DNA of 64,000 bases. It comes from an uncultured Acidobacteriota bacterium. Lineage in GTDB: Bacteria; Acidobacteriota; Blastocatellia; RBC074. Below are positions 30,577 through 40,853 of this stretch, piece by piece (positions within the stretch are counted from its first letter, which is position 1; each line of letters begins with the position of its first letter). The stretch covers positions 192,001 through 256,000 of the forward strand of contig CAWCKY010000007.1 in the NCBI GenBank assembly GCA_963796275.1, written 5' to 3'. Position numbers and translations under genes: made by a program. Under the pieces are notes generated by a model. It made no database searches. It saw only the letters and a list, made by a program, of their open reading frames with translations, and was not told the origin of the DNA.

Positions 30577-30759
30577 ATGAACTTCATCAGGGGAAAGAAA
30601 TTTGACTTGAGCCATACGAATGTTTCTAAGTAAATCAGTGTCCAATGTGCCGGCTCACTGAAGGCACATAATCAAAGGGTACATCCTGAAGAATGCCTGC
30701 GTACCAACGAATGTAGTATTTATTCAAAATTGGGATATAAGCAAGATGTAATTGCAATA

Positions 30760-31075
30760 TCAACACCAAAAAGCGCGGCCTTCGATGAGATTTATCAGAA
30801 AGTACCCATGGAACAAGTCGCACGGCTGAGAGAGTTCCGTCTCGCCCATCCATACAAGCACCTAACTATTGGTGATACAAAATGGAAGTACTCTATCTTG
30901 CGGGCAAGGAGAGCAAACGCTACTTCTGTTGCCTGGGGTTTTTGTCTATCGGCGAATCAACATTCCAGTTCGTAACGGCTTTTGAGAACGAATACCGCAT
31001 CATCAGCCTTCCTATGCGCTATCGCTTACGATGGAAAGATTATGTGTGGGTATCGCTCATATTGAGGGATATCTG
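30760..31075 (+). pseudogene. Frameshifted N-terminal fragment of a probable alpha/beta hydrolase
   Basis: DEIYQKVP...LREFRLAHPYKHLTIGDTKWKY / LSIGESTFQFVTAFENEYRIISLP / MERLCVGIAHI spread over three frames. Confidence 0.45.
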
Positions 31076-31650
31076 TGGGGATTGTCTGAGGTTGCCAGCG
31101 CAAACACAGCCATCGTCTTCGAAGCTGCAGCAGAGGATGGAGAAATGCTAACTTTGAACATGTATGGAGTACGACTGGTGGCGGTGATCTACTCACAATC
31201 GTTTTTAATTCTTCCCTCCTGCGCGCTATGGCCACATTGCGTGTGATCCTTGAGCACGCGCTGCATCTCGCTGCGCTTCTTCCCCCTTATACTTCTGATT
31301 GCGTCCCACCACTAGCCTCCCTGAAGGAATTTGAAGAGAGTTAAAACAGAAATAATATTCGCCAATCCCGATATTGTCCTTCTCCGACGCGACATATACA
31401 TAGGAGGGTACGTAGGAGAGGAAATTTTATATCATCATTCATACATCCACGCTCCGACTCTCCATTTTTATTTTCCGTACCGCCTGAAGACGACCGAACG
31501 GTGCGGAAGGGCGGCCCGCCGGCAAGGCCGCTTTTTCAGACCGAAATAATAACGGAAGAAAAAGCCAATTGCCGGCGTTGCTCTGAATGACCAACGTTTA
31601 TGATTGGACCGAATATGGCTGGAAAGGTGATGAGATTGTAGGTTTTGCAC

Positions 31651-31735
31651 ACCGAGCAAGGAGATGCAGCCGACTCGCATCAGCAAAGTCTTCTTCGATC
31701 GGGTTTGTGCGCGCGGCTGATCCCCGGCATTGGAC
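31651..31735 (+). mobile_element. Degenerate integron attC-like site
   Basis: ACCGAGC (R''-like), ATGCAGCCG paired with CGGCTGAT (L boxes, one extrahelical G), ATTGGAC (R'-like, GTT mutated); 85 bp. Confidence 0.45.
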
Positions 31736-31790
31736 GGACTACGCGGTCGCATCGAAAGGCGGGCGTCTCGTAGTGGATCTAGGAGCTCCT

Positions 31791-32591
31791 ATGCGCGTTG
31801 GTGAGAGAAAGATCACACATCCCGAGGGTGCCGAACTGCAGATGGACACAGCCCCGGCCGACTGGATCGCCCCTCGACTGCTGCCGTGGGGCGGTGACGT
31901 TGGCACGCGTGTGTGCGCCATCGTGCCGACCGGCTACGAGGCATACTTACGGGTCTTCCATCACGCTGAGGAACACGTAGGAAGCGAGTCGATCCGTCGG
32001 CGATGGTCCGAACTGGCGCAGCGGTCGGGCCGACAGATGCATCCGGAAGTGCAGTACTCTCGCTTCGCCTGGCCGGATCCACCCCATGAAGGGAGCCTCG
32101 ACCTACAGGAGGCGACCGCGCTGGTGTCAATGTTCCGTGCCTACACCACGACACCGCACAACTGCTGGTTGGCAATCTGGCACGGATTCGGCTATCTGAC
32201 GGGCTCTGTCAGCGTGCACGTCGCGCGTGAGCGCGGGCTTCGAGCCTGGCTTCAGCGGCGCCGCGCCGCGCGCAGTTACCTATTCGAACCGCCGAGCGAT
32301 CTCGCCGATGCGCCGACCGTGTCTCTCCCGGCTCGGGAGTACTTCTTGTATCGAGGGCCGATCGACGTCGTTCCGCGATTCGAGCATCTGCCGGGCCACC
32401 TTCAGACGCCGAATATGTGGTGGCCGGAGGACCGCGCGTGGTTCGTGGCGACGGAAATCGACTTCGACTCAACGCTCGTGGCATGCGCCCGGGCGTGTGT
32501 TGGAGCCTTGCTGGGTAGCGACCTCGAGGTTTTAGAGGTGTCCGTGGAGACCCGGCTCGACATCGATGGCGATACCGTCAACGCCAAATGA
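31791..32591 (+). CDS. Conserved hypothetical protein
   Basis: VPTGYEAYLRVFH, EGSL, CWLAIWHGFG, QTPNMWWPEDRAWFVATEIDFDST; RBS aggag before ATG 31791. Confidence 0.7.
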   Translation: MRVGERKITHPEGAELQMDTAPADWIAPRLLPWGGDVGTRVCAIVPTGYEAYLRVFHHAEEHVGSESIRRRWSELAQRSGRQMHPEVQYSRFAWPDPPHEGSLDLQEATALVSMFRAYTTTPHNCWLAIWHGFGYLTGSVSVHVARERGLRAWLQRRRAARSYLFEPPSDLADAPTVSLPAREYFLYRGPIDVVPRFEHLPGHLQTPNMWWPEDRAWFVATEIDFDSTLVACARACVGALLGSDLEVLEVSVETRLDIDGDTVNAK

Positions 32592-32712
32592 CGCAGGTCC
32601 GCGGTGTGATTCAGATGAAGACCGGACTCTTATTCATCAGGAATCAAACGGTTATGGCTGAGGACGCTATTGATAATTTGGCTTTGCATCTGAGCCACGC
32701 TTTTCTCGCTTC

Positions 32713-33609
32713 CTACTTGTTTGTGAGGAAAGAGCGGATCGGTTTCATATCCGATCCTGTCGCGCGAGAAAGGTCGCTGATCCGGCGAGCGAGCGACTTA
32801 CGCAGGCGGAGGACGCGGATTTTCAGCGCGTTGAGCGTGATGCCTAATCGCGCAGCCAGTTCCCGGCGCCCATCGATGCGTTCGCGTTGCTCGCCGCAGT
32901 AGTACCTCAGCAGCAGGTCGCGGTGGGCGGGAGGGAGTTGCGCCAGGCAACTTTCCAATTTCTCGAGCCGGCGTTCGTATAGATCGCGAAATTCGGCCCG
33001 CGCGAGCACCTCGACTGGATCGTGACAGGGGTGTTCGGCCTGGCTGATGTCGTCCAGCGAACATGACTGTCTGGCGCGGGACTCCCGATATTCGCGCAGC
33101 ACGTTGCGGGCCACGCCGTAAAAATACCGTACCGGCTCGCCGGCCAGAATCTCCTTGCCTTCCGCGAGTCGGCGCGCCACCCGGTTGATCGTTTCGTCGA
33201 CCATCTCGGCCGGTGTGTGACATCCACGGCGCTCGAAGAACTTCGCCAGCTTTTGCCGGAGCAGCAAATACTTTTCTCCGGCCCGATCTAAGTCGGCGTC
33301 GAGCTGGGCTAGCAGCGCGCGGAAAGCCTCTGCGGTCATTTCCCATGCAGCGCCCTTTTGCCGGCCCTCAGAGCGGCGACCGGTCGTGACCGGCTCGGCC
33401 GCGACCGATCGCCTCAATGGCTGAGGAGTTGCATCCATAATGATTGATTCGAAAGACAACACCCGCTCTTCCTCGATCACGATCGTGGTGGTCATGGTGG
33501 AAAAGGTTAAATCCGAACAGTCGATGTATTCGGCGCGTCGAACGCCGGCTTTCCAGATCAGCCGTCTGGTCTCAGTCAAAAAACTATCCGTCTTTCTGAT
33601 CTTCTTCAT
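32713..33609 (-). CDS. ECF-type sigma-70 factor with N-terminal extension
   Basis: WEMTAEAFRALLAQLDAD...AGEKY..LRQKL..FF..RGC...ETINRVA...YFYGVARNVLRE; region 4 RRELAARLGITLNALKIRVLRLR. Start could lie further downstream. Confidence 0.8.
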   Translation of the reverse strand: MKKIRKTDSFLTETRRLIWKAGVRRAEYIDCSDLTFSTMTTTIVIEEERVLSFESIIMDATPQPLRRSVAAEPVTTGRRSEGRQKGAAWEMTAEAFRALLAQLDADLDRAGEKYLLLRQKLAKFFERRGCHTPAEMVDETINRVARRLAEGKEILAGEPVRYFYGVARNVLREYRESRARQSCSLDDISQAEHPCHDPVEVLARAEFRDLYERRLEKLESCLAQLPPAHRDLLLRYYCGEQRERIDGRRELAARLGITLNALKIRVLRLRKSLARRISDLSRATGSDMKPIRSFLTNK

Positions 33610-33768
33610 AGTGGCCTCTGCTACTTTTCGTCAGTGGGCGTTCTAAATTGACTGATCGTCAGTCATTTGGCGTCCGTTTCGCCAACTGCCCGATCACTAT
33701 CGGCCTGGAGAGGGCTAAAAGTACTCAAAGAGGCCATCAAAAAGATCTCAAAGAGTTGTAAAACCAGT

Positions 33769-36204
33769 ATGAACAGACAAATCAGGCTCTTCTACGAATT
33801 CGGCCCGTTCAAACTCGAAGCGACAGAGCGCGTCCTGCTGCGCGAAGACAAACCGCTGCCGCTGACTCCCAGGGGCGTAGAACTTCTCCTGACGCTAGTC
33901 GAAAACCGCGGGCGGCTCATGGAAAAGGACGAGTTGCTGGACAAGGTCTGGGGCGACGCATTTGTCGAACCGGCCAATCTTACGCAGACCATCTCGGTGC
34001 TGAGAAAACTTCTGGAGGACGATTCCCAGACGCCCCAATATATTCAAACTGTGGCTAGACGCGGCTACCGCTTCATCGCCGAGGTGAATGTGGTCACCAT
34101 CGAGGAACGGCAGGTCGCCGTCGAAGAACAGACGCAATCCACAATCATCATCGATTATAAAGATGAGATAAAAAAGCCGGCACTCTGGCGACGAATGCTG
34201 GCGAGCGCTTTGCTATCACACAATCGCGCGCTGATCTCAACAGCGGTGGCTTTTGGGCTGGGCGGGCTTGGACTGTCGACCTGGCTGATCCTAAACTTGA
34301 CGCCTTGGCCCTGGACATCAAAGTCGGGCAATTGGCGAATCACGCCTTTAATAACGGAGCGGGGGCGAAACATCGACGCGCTGGCGGGCGCGCGCTTCTC
34401 GCCCCATGGCCGACTCATCGCTTTCGTTTCAGACGGAAATAACATTTGGGTTATGCAGGTCAACGGCACTCGGCCCATTCAGGCGACGCGGGGGCAATGG
34501 CGCGATTTCCCCCCCATCTGGTCGGCGAACAGCGAACGCCTCGCCTTTATTTCCAACAGGGGCAATCAAATAGGCGTCTGGACGGTCCCGTTTCTCGGGG
34601 GCGAGGTCGAATTATTGAAGGTCTTGGGCGACCCATCGCTCAACCCTTCGCTCAACATTAGAGACAGCCCGCCGAAACTCACGGCCTGGACCAGAGACGG
34701 ACGGAGCATCTATTACGAATGGAACCGTAACCTCTTCCGCCTGGACCTTCAATCAAAAGAAATCGTGAAGGGCGTCAGTTTCGGCGATCAGGTTAAAACA
34801 CCCAGCCAATTCTCGCTCTCGCCGGACGAGAGATGGCTGGCTTTTGTAGACGAACGCGGCGGCCAGTTCGACATCTGGAAGATGGAGCTGGCCGGCGGCG
34901 CCCCGGTACAGGTAACAAATGATGCGGACTTTGACCTCAATCCTATCTGGAGCCCCGACGGGCAACATTTGGTTTACAACTCCGTGCGCGACGGCCGGCG
35001 CCAGATTTACCGCGTCTCCGCGGCGGGCGGCGCCCCGGAGCCGCTGACGACCGGCGATTACGAGGGATCTATCTCTGACATTTCTCCCGACGGCGCAAAG
35101 ATTCTGAGCCACAGCCTAGGTGGCGAATCCGATCTGTTCGCCGTCAACATCGAGAGCGGTGGGGAACGGCAACTCACCGGGGATCTCGGCGTCGAATTCT
35201 GGCCAAACGTCTCTCCCAACGGCTCGGCCATCGTCTACCAGGCCATTTTCGGCGAACGATTCGAGTGGGACCCGCGCCGTGGAGCGCTCTTTATCCGGAA
35301 TTTGATCGACGGAACACAGTCGCGCCGAATCGTGGCAGATGGGTTTTCCGCACAGTGGTCGCCCAACAGCGAGCAGATCGCTTTCCTACGCTGGCCGGCG
35401 CCGGACAGGAAATCACATAGCCTTTGGTTGACGCCGTCGGCCGGCGGCGCGGAAAAGCGGCTGGTCGGCGAAGGCGTGAATTACGCGGGACAGACCAAAT
35501 TCCCAACATACAACCGGCTGCAAGTCGCCGATTACAGTTGGTCGCCTGACAGCGCGCAAATCGCCTATTGCGCCAAAAATGATGGCATGGCCAACATCTG
35601 GAGCATTACCGTTGAGAGCGGGCGCGCTATTCGGATTTCGTCCAACGCCGACATCGGCCAGCGGCTCTATTGTCCGCTTTGGTCGCCGCGCGGAGAACAA
35701 CTGGCCTTCATCTCTGAATCTCCCCCGCAGCCGACGCCGGGGAAGCAGGTTTGGGGCTTATGGGTGTATAGACAGGGCAAGCTGGAGATGGTCTATCGGA
35801 CTGAATCCATCCTTCGCCTGCTCGGCTGGACTGCGGATGATGAATTGATAGTCGCCCTGGACGCCAACAAAGACCTGAATCGGAGACTGCCCACCGAAGT
35901 GCAAATCGTGACTGTGTCCGCGAAGGGAACCCGCCCTCGCTTCATTCAACGCGTCCCTTCTGTCTACCTGGCCAACGTTCACCTGTCGCCGGACAGGCGA
36001 AACCTTTCTTTCGTTACGGCACAAGATGGTAGGGAGAGTATTCAGATTCTCCCGATGAGCGGCGGCCCGATGAGACAGGTAACCATCAACGTGGATGAGA
36101 ATCTGCGCTATTCCAGCCTCACATGGGCTCCCGACGGAAAGACGATTTATTTCAGCAAGCAATCCAAATGGAACTTGCTTACCTTGATTGAGAACCTGAA
36201 TTGA
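33769..36204 (+). CDS. OmpR/PhoB-type winged-helix DNA-binding protein with one TM helix and TolB-like (PD40) beta-propellers
   Basis: YEFGPFKL...LTP...LL.LVENRGRL.EKDELL.KVW...NL.Q.IS.LRK.L...YIQTVARRGYRF; hydrophobic helix; repeated WSPDG/SPD motifs. Confidence 0.9.
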   Translation: MNRQIRLFYEFGPFKLEATERVLLREDKPLPLTPRGVELLLTLVENRGRLMEKDELLDKVWGDAFVEPANLTQTISVLRKLLEDDSQTPQYIQTVARRGYRFIAEVNVVTIEERQVAVEEQTQSTIIIDYKDEIKKPALWRRMLASALLSHNRALISTAVAFGLGGLGLSTWLILNLTPWPWTSKSGNWRITPLITERGRNIDALAGARFSPHGRLIAFVSDGNNIWVMQVNGTRPIQATRGQWRDFPPIWSANSERLAFISNRGNQIGVWTVPFLGGEVELLKVLGDPSLNPSLNIRDSPPKLTAWTRDGRSIYYEWNRNLFRLDLQSKEIVKGVSFGDQVKTPSQFSLSPDERWLAFVDERGGQFDIWKMELAGGAPVQVTNDADFDLNPIWSPDGQHLVYNSVRDGRRQIYRVSAAGGAPEPLTTGDYEGSISDISPDGAKILSHSLGGESDLFAVNIESGGERQLTGDLGVEFWPNVSPNGSAIVYQAIFGERFEWDPRRGALFIRNLIDGTQSRRIVADGFSAQWSPNSEQIAFLRWPAPDRKSHSLWLTPSAGGAEKRLVGEGVNYAGQTKFPTYNRLQVADYSWSPDSAQIAYCAKNDGMANIWSITVESGRAIRISSNADIGQRLYCPLWSPRGEQLAFISESPPQPTPGKQVWGLWVYRQGKLEMVYRTESILRLLGWTADDELIVALDANKDLNRRLPTEVQIVTVSAKGTRPRFIQRVPSVYLANVHLSPDRRNLSFVTAQDGRESIQILPMSGGPMRQVTINVDENLRYSSLTWAPDGKTIYFSKQSKWNLLTLIENLN

Positions 36205-36217
36205 AAGGAGCACGAGT

Positions 36218-36538
36218 ATGGCTTTTAGTCCTGATGAGATGAGAAACTACTCTTTTCTCAACGTCCTGCTTGATAGATTTCGCAAACTGGCTTTCGATTA
36301 TTGTGCTGAAGGAGATACTCCCCAAGCCCGCTTCGAGCGGGTTAAGGAGATAAGGAAGGCCCTTACCGAAGAGGGGCGTTTGCCCAAGGCCCTCACCGGA
36401 GATGGGCCTCCGCCCAATAAAACAGACCAATTGCAAGGCTGCCCTTCCGGACAACACTGCGAGGGCGGCGCCTGCGTGCCCGACGATGTTTTCACCGGTT
36501 GGCCCGGAGGGGGTGACCCGCCTGCCTGGAATAAGTAG
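36218..36538 (+). CDS. Small hypothetical protein with C-terminal Cys motif
   Basis: Strong RBS gaaaggag 13 bp after the upstream stop; helical N-half; CPSGQHCEGGACVPD motif; no signal peptide. Confidence 0.7.
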   Translation: MAFSPDEMRNYSFLNVLLDRFRKLAFDYCAEGDTPQARFERVKEIRKALTEEGRLPKALTGDGPPPNKTDQLQGCPSGQHCEGGACVPDDVFTGWPGGGDPPAWNK

Positions 36539-36723
36539 CCGTAATCGCATAGGGCCGGAGGCGTGACGCAGGTTTCTTATAACGTTTTGGTGAGCGGCTC
36601 GGTAAGAAGTGTACCACGTCATATAATTCACTGGTGCGACAGGAGTAAGTGCGATCCGTTCATCCGAAATGACTATGGAGTTAGGGATGGAGGACGAAGA
36701 CAGCGAGGACTTTGATAACTTGT

Positions 36724-36765
36724 GCATCAAAGGTCGATCCGCTCCAGGCTCTTCGACACGAATGA
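36724..36765 (+). pseudogene. Terminal remnant of an ADOP/MacB-type ABC permease
   Basis: ASKVDPLQALRHE*, the characteristic C-terminus of these permeases, with no upstream gene body. Confidence 0.45.
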
Positions 36766-37574
36766 TACGGCTTCAAACGATTGCTTTGTCGTTTGTCTCT
36801 TGATCGACATTAGAGTCCAAATAGACGAGACGATCGAGTCTGTGTCAGGGAAAGCGATGACACAGTCCTGATGGAGCTTGGCAGGGAAACTGCCGAGCTC
36901 GTCAGGACGCTCGGTCACTGCTCCTATATGCGGCTCCTTCTCCTACACTGGGGTTCGCTGCGCCGGCAGAAGCCGCTCCCGCACTACCCGACAGACGATG
37001 ATGTGCAGGAACGAGTTCAACGTTCATATCTCGGCAGTGTCCACCAGTGATCAAGACATCCTCCTCGTTCGGCTTCCGCTCCATCGAGAGCCAATTTGTA
37101 CAGCGTCAGCAGCCGCACGAGCATGACATCGGCCATCGGACCGGAGTGGTGTGGAATATTGTCGAGGAAACCGCACACTCTTCGATGTAATCGTCGAGAG
37201 TCATTGTTCCTTAGTAAGGAATCCAACCCAACTTACTATGCAGGGAATCAATTCTTCGTCTATGTCTTTGATTTACGAACCATCATCGCGCTGGTTTACT
37301 TCCGATGATTTGAGCGAATGGAATTGGGAATTCTGATCATAGTATCTGATGATGATCCGGCAATACCGGCGCGAGACAGAGCCCTTGCTCAGAAGAACGT
37401 ATCCTCAAGGCTCAGGAGTACACCTTCCGCGATGCGGGTCACGCATTATCCAATCTAAAGCGCGAAGACTTCTTTTTAATCGTTAGAAGTTTTTTCAATA
37501 GGGTTGTTCAGGGGGGCTCTGATCATTCGACCAGTCGAGAAAAAAGAAATCGATGCCGTTCGGTCACGATCTTT

Positions 37575-37620
37575 CATAAAGTTATATGACAAAGATAGTG
37601 CATAAAGTTATGTGACAAGA
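37575..37620. promoter_or_regulatory. Direct repeat, 26-bp period
   Basis: CATAAAGTTATATGACAA and CATAAAGTTATGTGACAA in an AT-rich intergenic region. Confidence 0.4.
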
Positions 37621-38144
37621 ATGAGATTTACGTCACCTATTTACAAGAGGTGTCAATTCGGTAAAGGACGAAACCTCTTCGGTATACGTGAGAAGAAGGG
37701 GCTATTGAGAACAAAGGAGTTAGCAGTAGTCCAGGAGGGTATCCGAAGTGGGGGGCATTCCCATGTCGAACCGGGATCGCGAAACGAGTTGGAAAATTAT
37801 GTCTAAGAGGAGGGGGTAAGAGAGAAGAAAACCAACATTGCGAAAACCGCCAGAGGATTCAAACAACCCGGGAGTGCTCACGCGCGGACGACACATTTGG
37901 CTGTGTCCGATTTTCAGGCGATGCTATGGAATGGAAAGACAGGGAGTTAAGGATTTATGAGGGAAGCGGCTACCATTCAAAGGGTTGTATACAGTCTTGC
38001 AAAGTGATGTGTGGTAGCGCATATTTTAATCAACCTCGAGACGGTGCGGTGATATTCGTGAGAGAATTTTTGCCGTTCTCGTTGGATCAGGTGGGAAGTG
38101 CCCACGTTTTATCAAGTTTTGTTACGCAAAAAGAGATAGCCAAG

Positions 38145-39776
38145 ATGATTTTTTCTTTCCTCCTGAGAAGATTTTTCCTGTTGCTGTTGTTTGCGGTTGT
38201 CTCAGCCTTCCCGGACAACGCCAACGCACAATGCCCTGAAGGCAAGCCCCCGAACAGCGATGGGAGTTGCGGTAAAGCAGTTAAAAACAAACCAGCTAAA
38301 GACAAACCAGCCGCCTCCCGCGCCAAACCGGTACGTACGCGAGAGGTATCGCCTCGACCGAATAACAGTGTCATTGCGGCGGGATCGCGCAACAACGCCG
38401 TCACCAACAGCTGTTCGATCGATGTACGTGTGACCAAACTGGGCGGCGAACCTTTGGCGGCCGTCAATTTGATGCTGGATAATTCGATACTGAACATCGG
38501 TGTTACGGATGCGGAGGGTGGGTACAAGTTTAAAAACCTGCCGTGCAAACGTAGTTATAAGATTACGCCGGGGCATGCGAAGTTCATATTCAACGTTCCA
38601 GCCGCTACCATCACGAACCTGACGAATAACGAGTCAACTACTTTCGTTGCGTCCACGCGTGAAAAGATCGTCCCCGAGGCTATCATCGCGTCCACTCGTG
38701 AAAAGATCGTGGCTAAGGAAGAAATTCGCTCCTGCAACCCGCCACCGACATATCTTCAACCTCCGAAGATCAAGTTCGGCGAATCATTGACCGGCAAGCT
38801 GAACACGAAAACTTCGTTTTGTGACGAGAAGACGAAACTATATTTTCAGTCTTATCAGCTCGATGGTGCTCTCGGTGGCGACATCATTCAGTTCGAACTG
38901 CAATCAGCATCGGACATGATAATTCAAGTTACCGATCAAACGGGAAGACCCATTACGATCGGGCCCGAAGGCGAATCGGATGACCCCGCAAGTCGACAGT
39001 TGGTCCTTCCCATAGCCGGAGATTACTCGTTCCGCGTTATCGACAGATCAAATCGACCGAGCGATTATCGTTTGAGTGTGACCCGCAAAGGACTGACAGA
39101 TGAAGGCTATCACAGTCAGCTGAATCGCGCTTATACCTTCATCGCCGAACCTGGCAATCCAACTTTTTTCAGTTCGTTAAATCGACACCTCGAGCGCATC
39201 ACTCCATTTACTGGAAAAACTTCGGAACAGAAGATCAATGATGCCATCGCGATCCTCGAGCGTATGCGAGAGATGGCTCCCAACAAACCGGAGGCTATTT
39301 CGATGTTGGCAGCGATTCAACTCTACTTACGCAAAGACCTGGTAACTGCACGAGAGCTGGCAATCAAAGCGATTGAGCTCGGGGGCGAAGCTAGGTTCAG
39401 GGTCAATTACGGAGTGAAACTGGATAAAGATTTGCGGCGCATCACTGATGGCAACCACCCTTGTTGGCTGATCATCAGTAAAGACAAGATCGCCTGCGAG
39501 AGCTTCAATCCGAAAGAAGGCGAAGTATTCACCAGTAACCCGGATTTGATGGCGAACAAAAGTATCGATGTCCCCAATTATTATCTAGGCTTGTCGATCT
39601 ACGGCAAAGGAAGAAAAATGAGTAAGATCGAAAAGCGGGTAATCGAGGTCGATGAAGTAGATTCTTTTTACTTTATTCCGCTGTCCTTGTCGGATATGAA
39701 TACCAAATTTTCTTTGACCGAATCTACCACGATCAAAAACTTAATCAAGCAATTCGTTCCAATAAAACAACAATAA
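38145..39776 (+). CDS. Secreted hypothetical protein with carboxypeptidase-regulatory-like and PPC-like domains
   Basis: Signal peptide MIFSFLLRRFFLLLLFAVVSA; VTDAEGGYKFKNLP; ESLTGKL...YFQSYQL...LPIAGDYSFRV; internal 39-bp duplication (ASTREKIV x2). Confidence 0.7.
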   Translation: MIFSFLLRRFFLLLLFAVVSAFPDNANAQCPEGKPPNSDGSCGKAVKNKPAKDKPAASRAKPVRTREVSPRPNNSVIAAGSRNNAVTNSCSIDVRVTKLGGEPLAAVNLMLDNSILNIGVTDAEGGYKFKNLPCKRSYKITPGHAKFIFNVPAATITNLTNNESTTFVASTREKIVPEAIIASTREKIVAKEEIRSCNPPPTYLQPPKIKFGESLTGKLNTKTSFCDEKTKLYFQSYQLDGALGGDIIQFELQSASDMIIQVTDQTGRPITIGPEGESDDPASRQLVLPIAGDYSFRVIDRSNRPSDYRLSVTRKGLTDEGYHSQLNRAYTFIAEPGNPTFFSSLNRHLERITPFTGKTSEQKINDAIAILERMREMAPNKPEAISMLAAIQLYLRKDLVTARELAIKAIELGGEARFRVNYGVKLDKDLRRITDGNHPCWLIISKDKIACESFNPKEGEVFTSNPDLMANKSIDVPNYYLGLSIYGKGRKMSKIEKRVIEVDEVDSFYFIPLSLSDMNTKFSLTESTTIKNLIKQFVPIKQQ

Positions 39777-39995
39777 AAAAACACAGGAAAGGCGACATTG
39801 GCATCCAGGTGCGTGCGTGTCGCAGCCACCAACTTCCCTCAAGCCAGTTTCTGACTCGACGACGATCTGGCGTTGAAGGATTGTTCCTTTTTGCCTTCAA
39901 GAGTCGGAAGCGGTATCATCGCGCGGATTTCCGCACGTGCTACCAGTGTCCGCTACACACTTTCAAGTCAAATTGGCAAAACGGAGATAATCGAA

Positions 39996-40625
39996 ATGGC
40001 CGATCGTTACCTCATCAGCTTGCTCGGCGAAAATGAGCAGATACTCTTTGTCACCCGCCAACACTTGCTCGTTCTGCTGGGTGAAATCCTGTCCGAACTG
40101 GTACTAGCTACCGCTCTCTGCTTTCTCATAACCCTGATCTGGATGTTCTGGCTACCCAATCCGCTCGTCCCGCTCGGGTATCTTTTGCTGTTATTACCGA
40201 TGGTAAGTCTGCTGCGTGATCTGCTGATCTGGAAGAACCGCCGATACATCGTCACAAATTGGCGTGTCATTCAAATTGCCGGCGTCTTCAATAAAGAAGT
40301 ATCCGATTCCTCGCTTGAGAAGGTAAATGATGTCAGGCTGGAACAATCCTTTTGGGGAAGAATGTTGAATTACGGGAACATTGAAATACTCACTGCCAGT
40401 GAGTTGGGTGTTAGTATGTTTAGAAAGGTCGGACGCCCGATTAGCCTGAAGACAGCAATGCTCAATGCCAAAGAAAATCTGAATCAAGGCATAACTGATT
40501 TGGGAGCCCGCTCAGATGGAAATCTTGTCGACCTGATCGCCCAACTCGACAGCCTGAGGAAGCACGGAATATTAAGCGAAGCAGAATTCCAACAGAAGAA
40601 AGCTAATATACTCGCAAGGATTTGA
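39996..40625 (+). CDS. Membrane protein with bacterial PH (bPH_2) and SHOCT domains
   Basis: YIVTNWRVI..GVF......LEKVNDV..EQSFWGRMLNYGNIEI; LDSLRKHGILSEAEFQQKK. Confidence 0.85.
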   Translation: MADRYLISLLGENEQILFVTRQHLLVLLGEILSELVLATALCFLITLIWMFWLPNPLVPLGYLLLLLPMVSLLRDLLIWKNRRYIVTNWRVIQIAGVFNKEVSDSSLEKVNDVRLEQSFWGRMLNYGNIEILTASELGVSMFRKVGRPISLKTAMLNAKENLNQGITDLGARSDGNLVDLIAQLDSLRKHGILSEAEFQQKKANILARI

Positions 40626-40639
40626 CCCGCCATCATTAT

Positions 40640-40778
40640 CTTGACTGGTAGTGGATTTATCCGACGCGCTCGGTCCCCCCAAGCCGAATATCGTTCCGCG
40701 GGTAATCTGCAAGGTCAGGTCACGCACTGCCGTCACGGCGCCGATGGTCTTACTCAGTTTGCGTGCCTCGATTACCAT
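40640..40778 (-). pseudogene. ABC transporter ATP-binding N-terminal remnant
   Basis: MVIEARKLSKTIGAVTAVRDLTLQITRGTIFGLGGPSASDKST: degraded Walker A, then truncated. Confidence 0.6.
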
Positions 40779-40853
40779 TATTTTTTCGTGCCGCCTTTCT
40801 TATTTCTGGCTTTTCGTGCTTTCTTTGTGTATTGGACGCGGCCGCTATCACTA

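Noticed and set aside
31470-31570. Possible riboswitch or ncRNA
   Set aside because: Only a GC hairpin with a T-tract is visible; I recognise no known RNA family consensus.
36218-36538. RiPP gene cluster around the small Cys protein
   Set aside because: No modifying enzyme, peptidase or intact exporter is adjacent; kept only as a signalling hypothesis.
36770-37340. Overlapping short ORFs, possibly a decayed gene
   Set aside because: I could not recognise a family in any frame; BLASTx would be needed.
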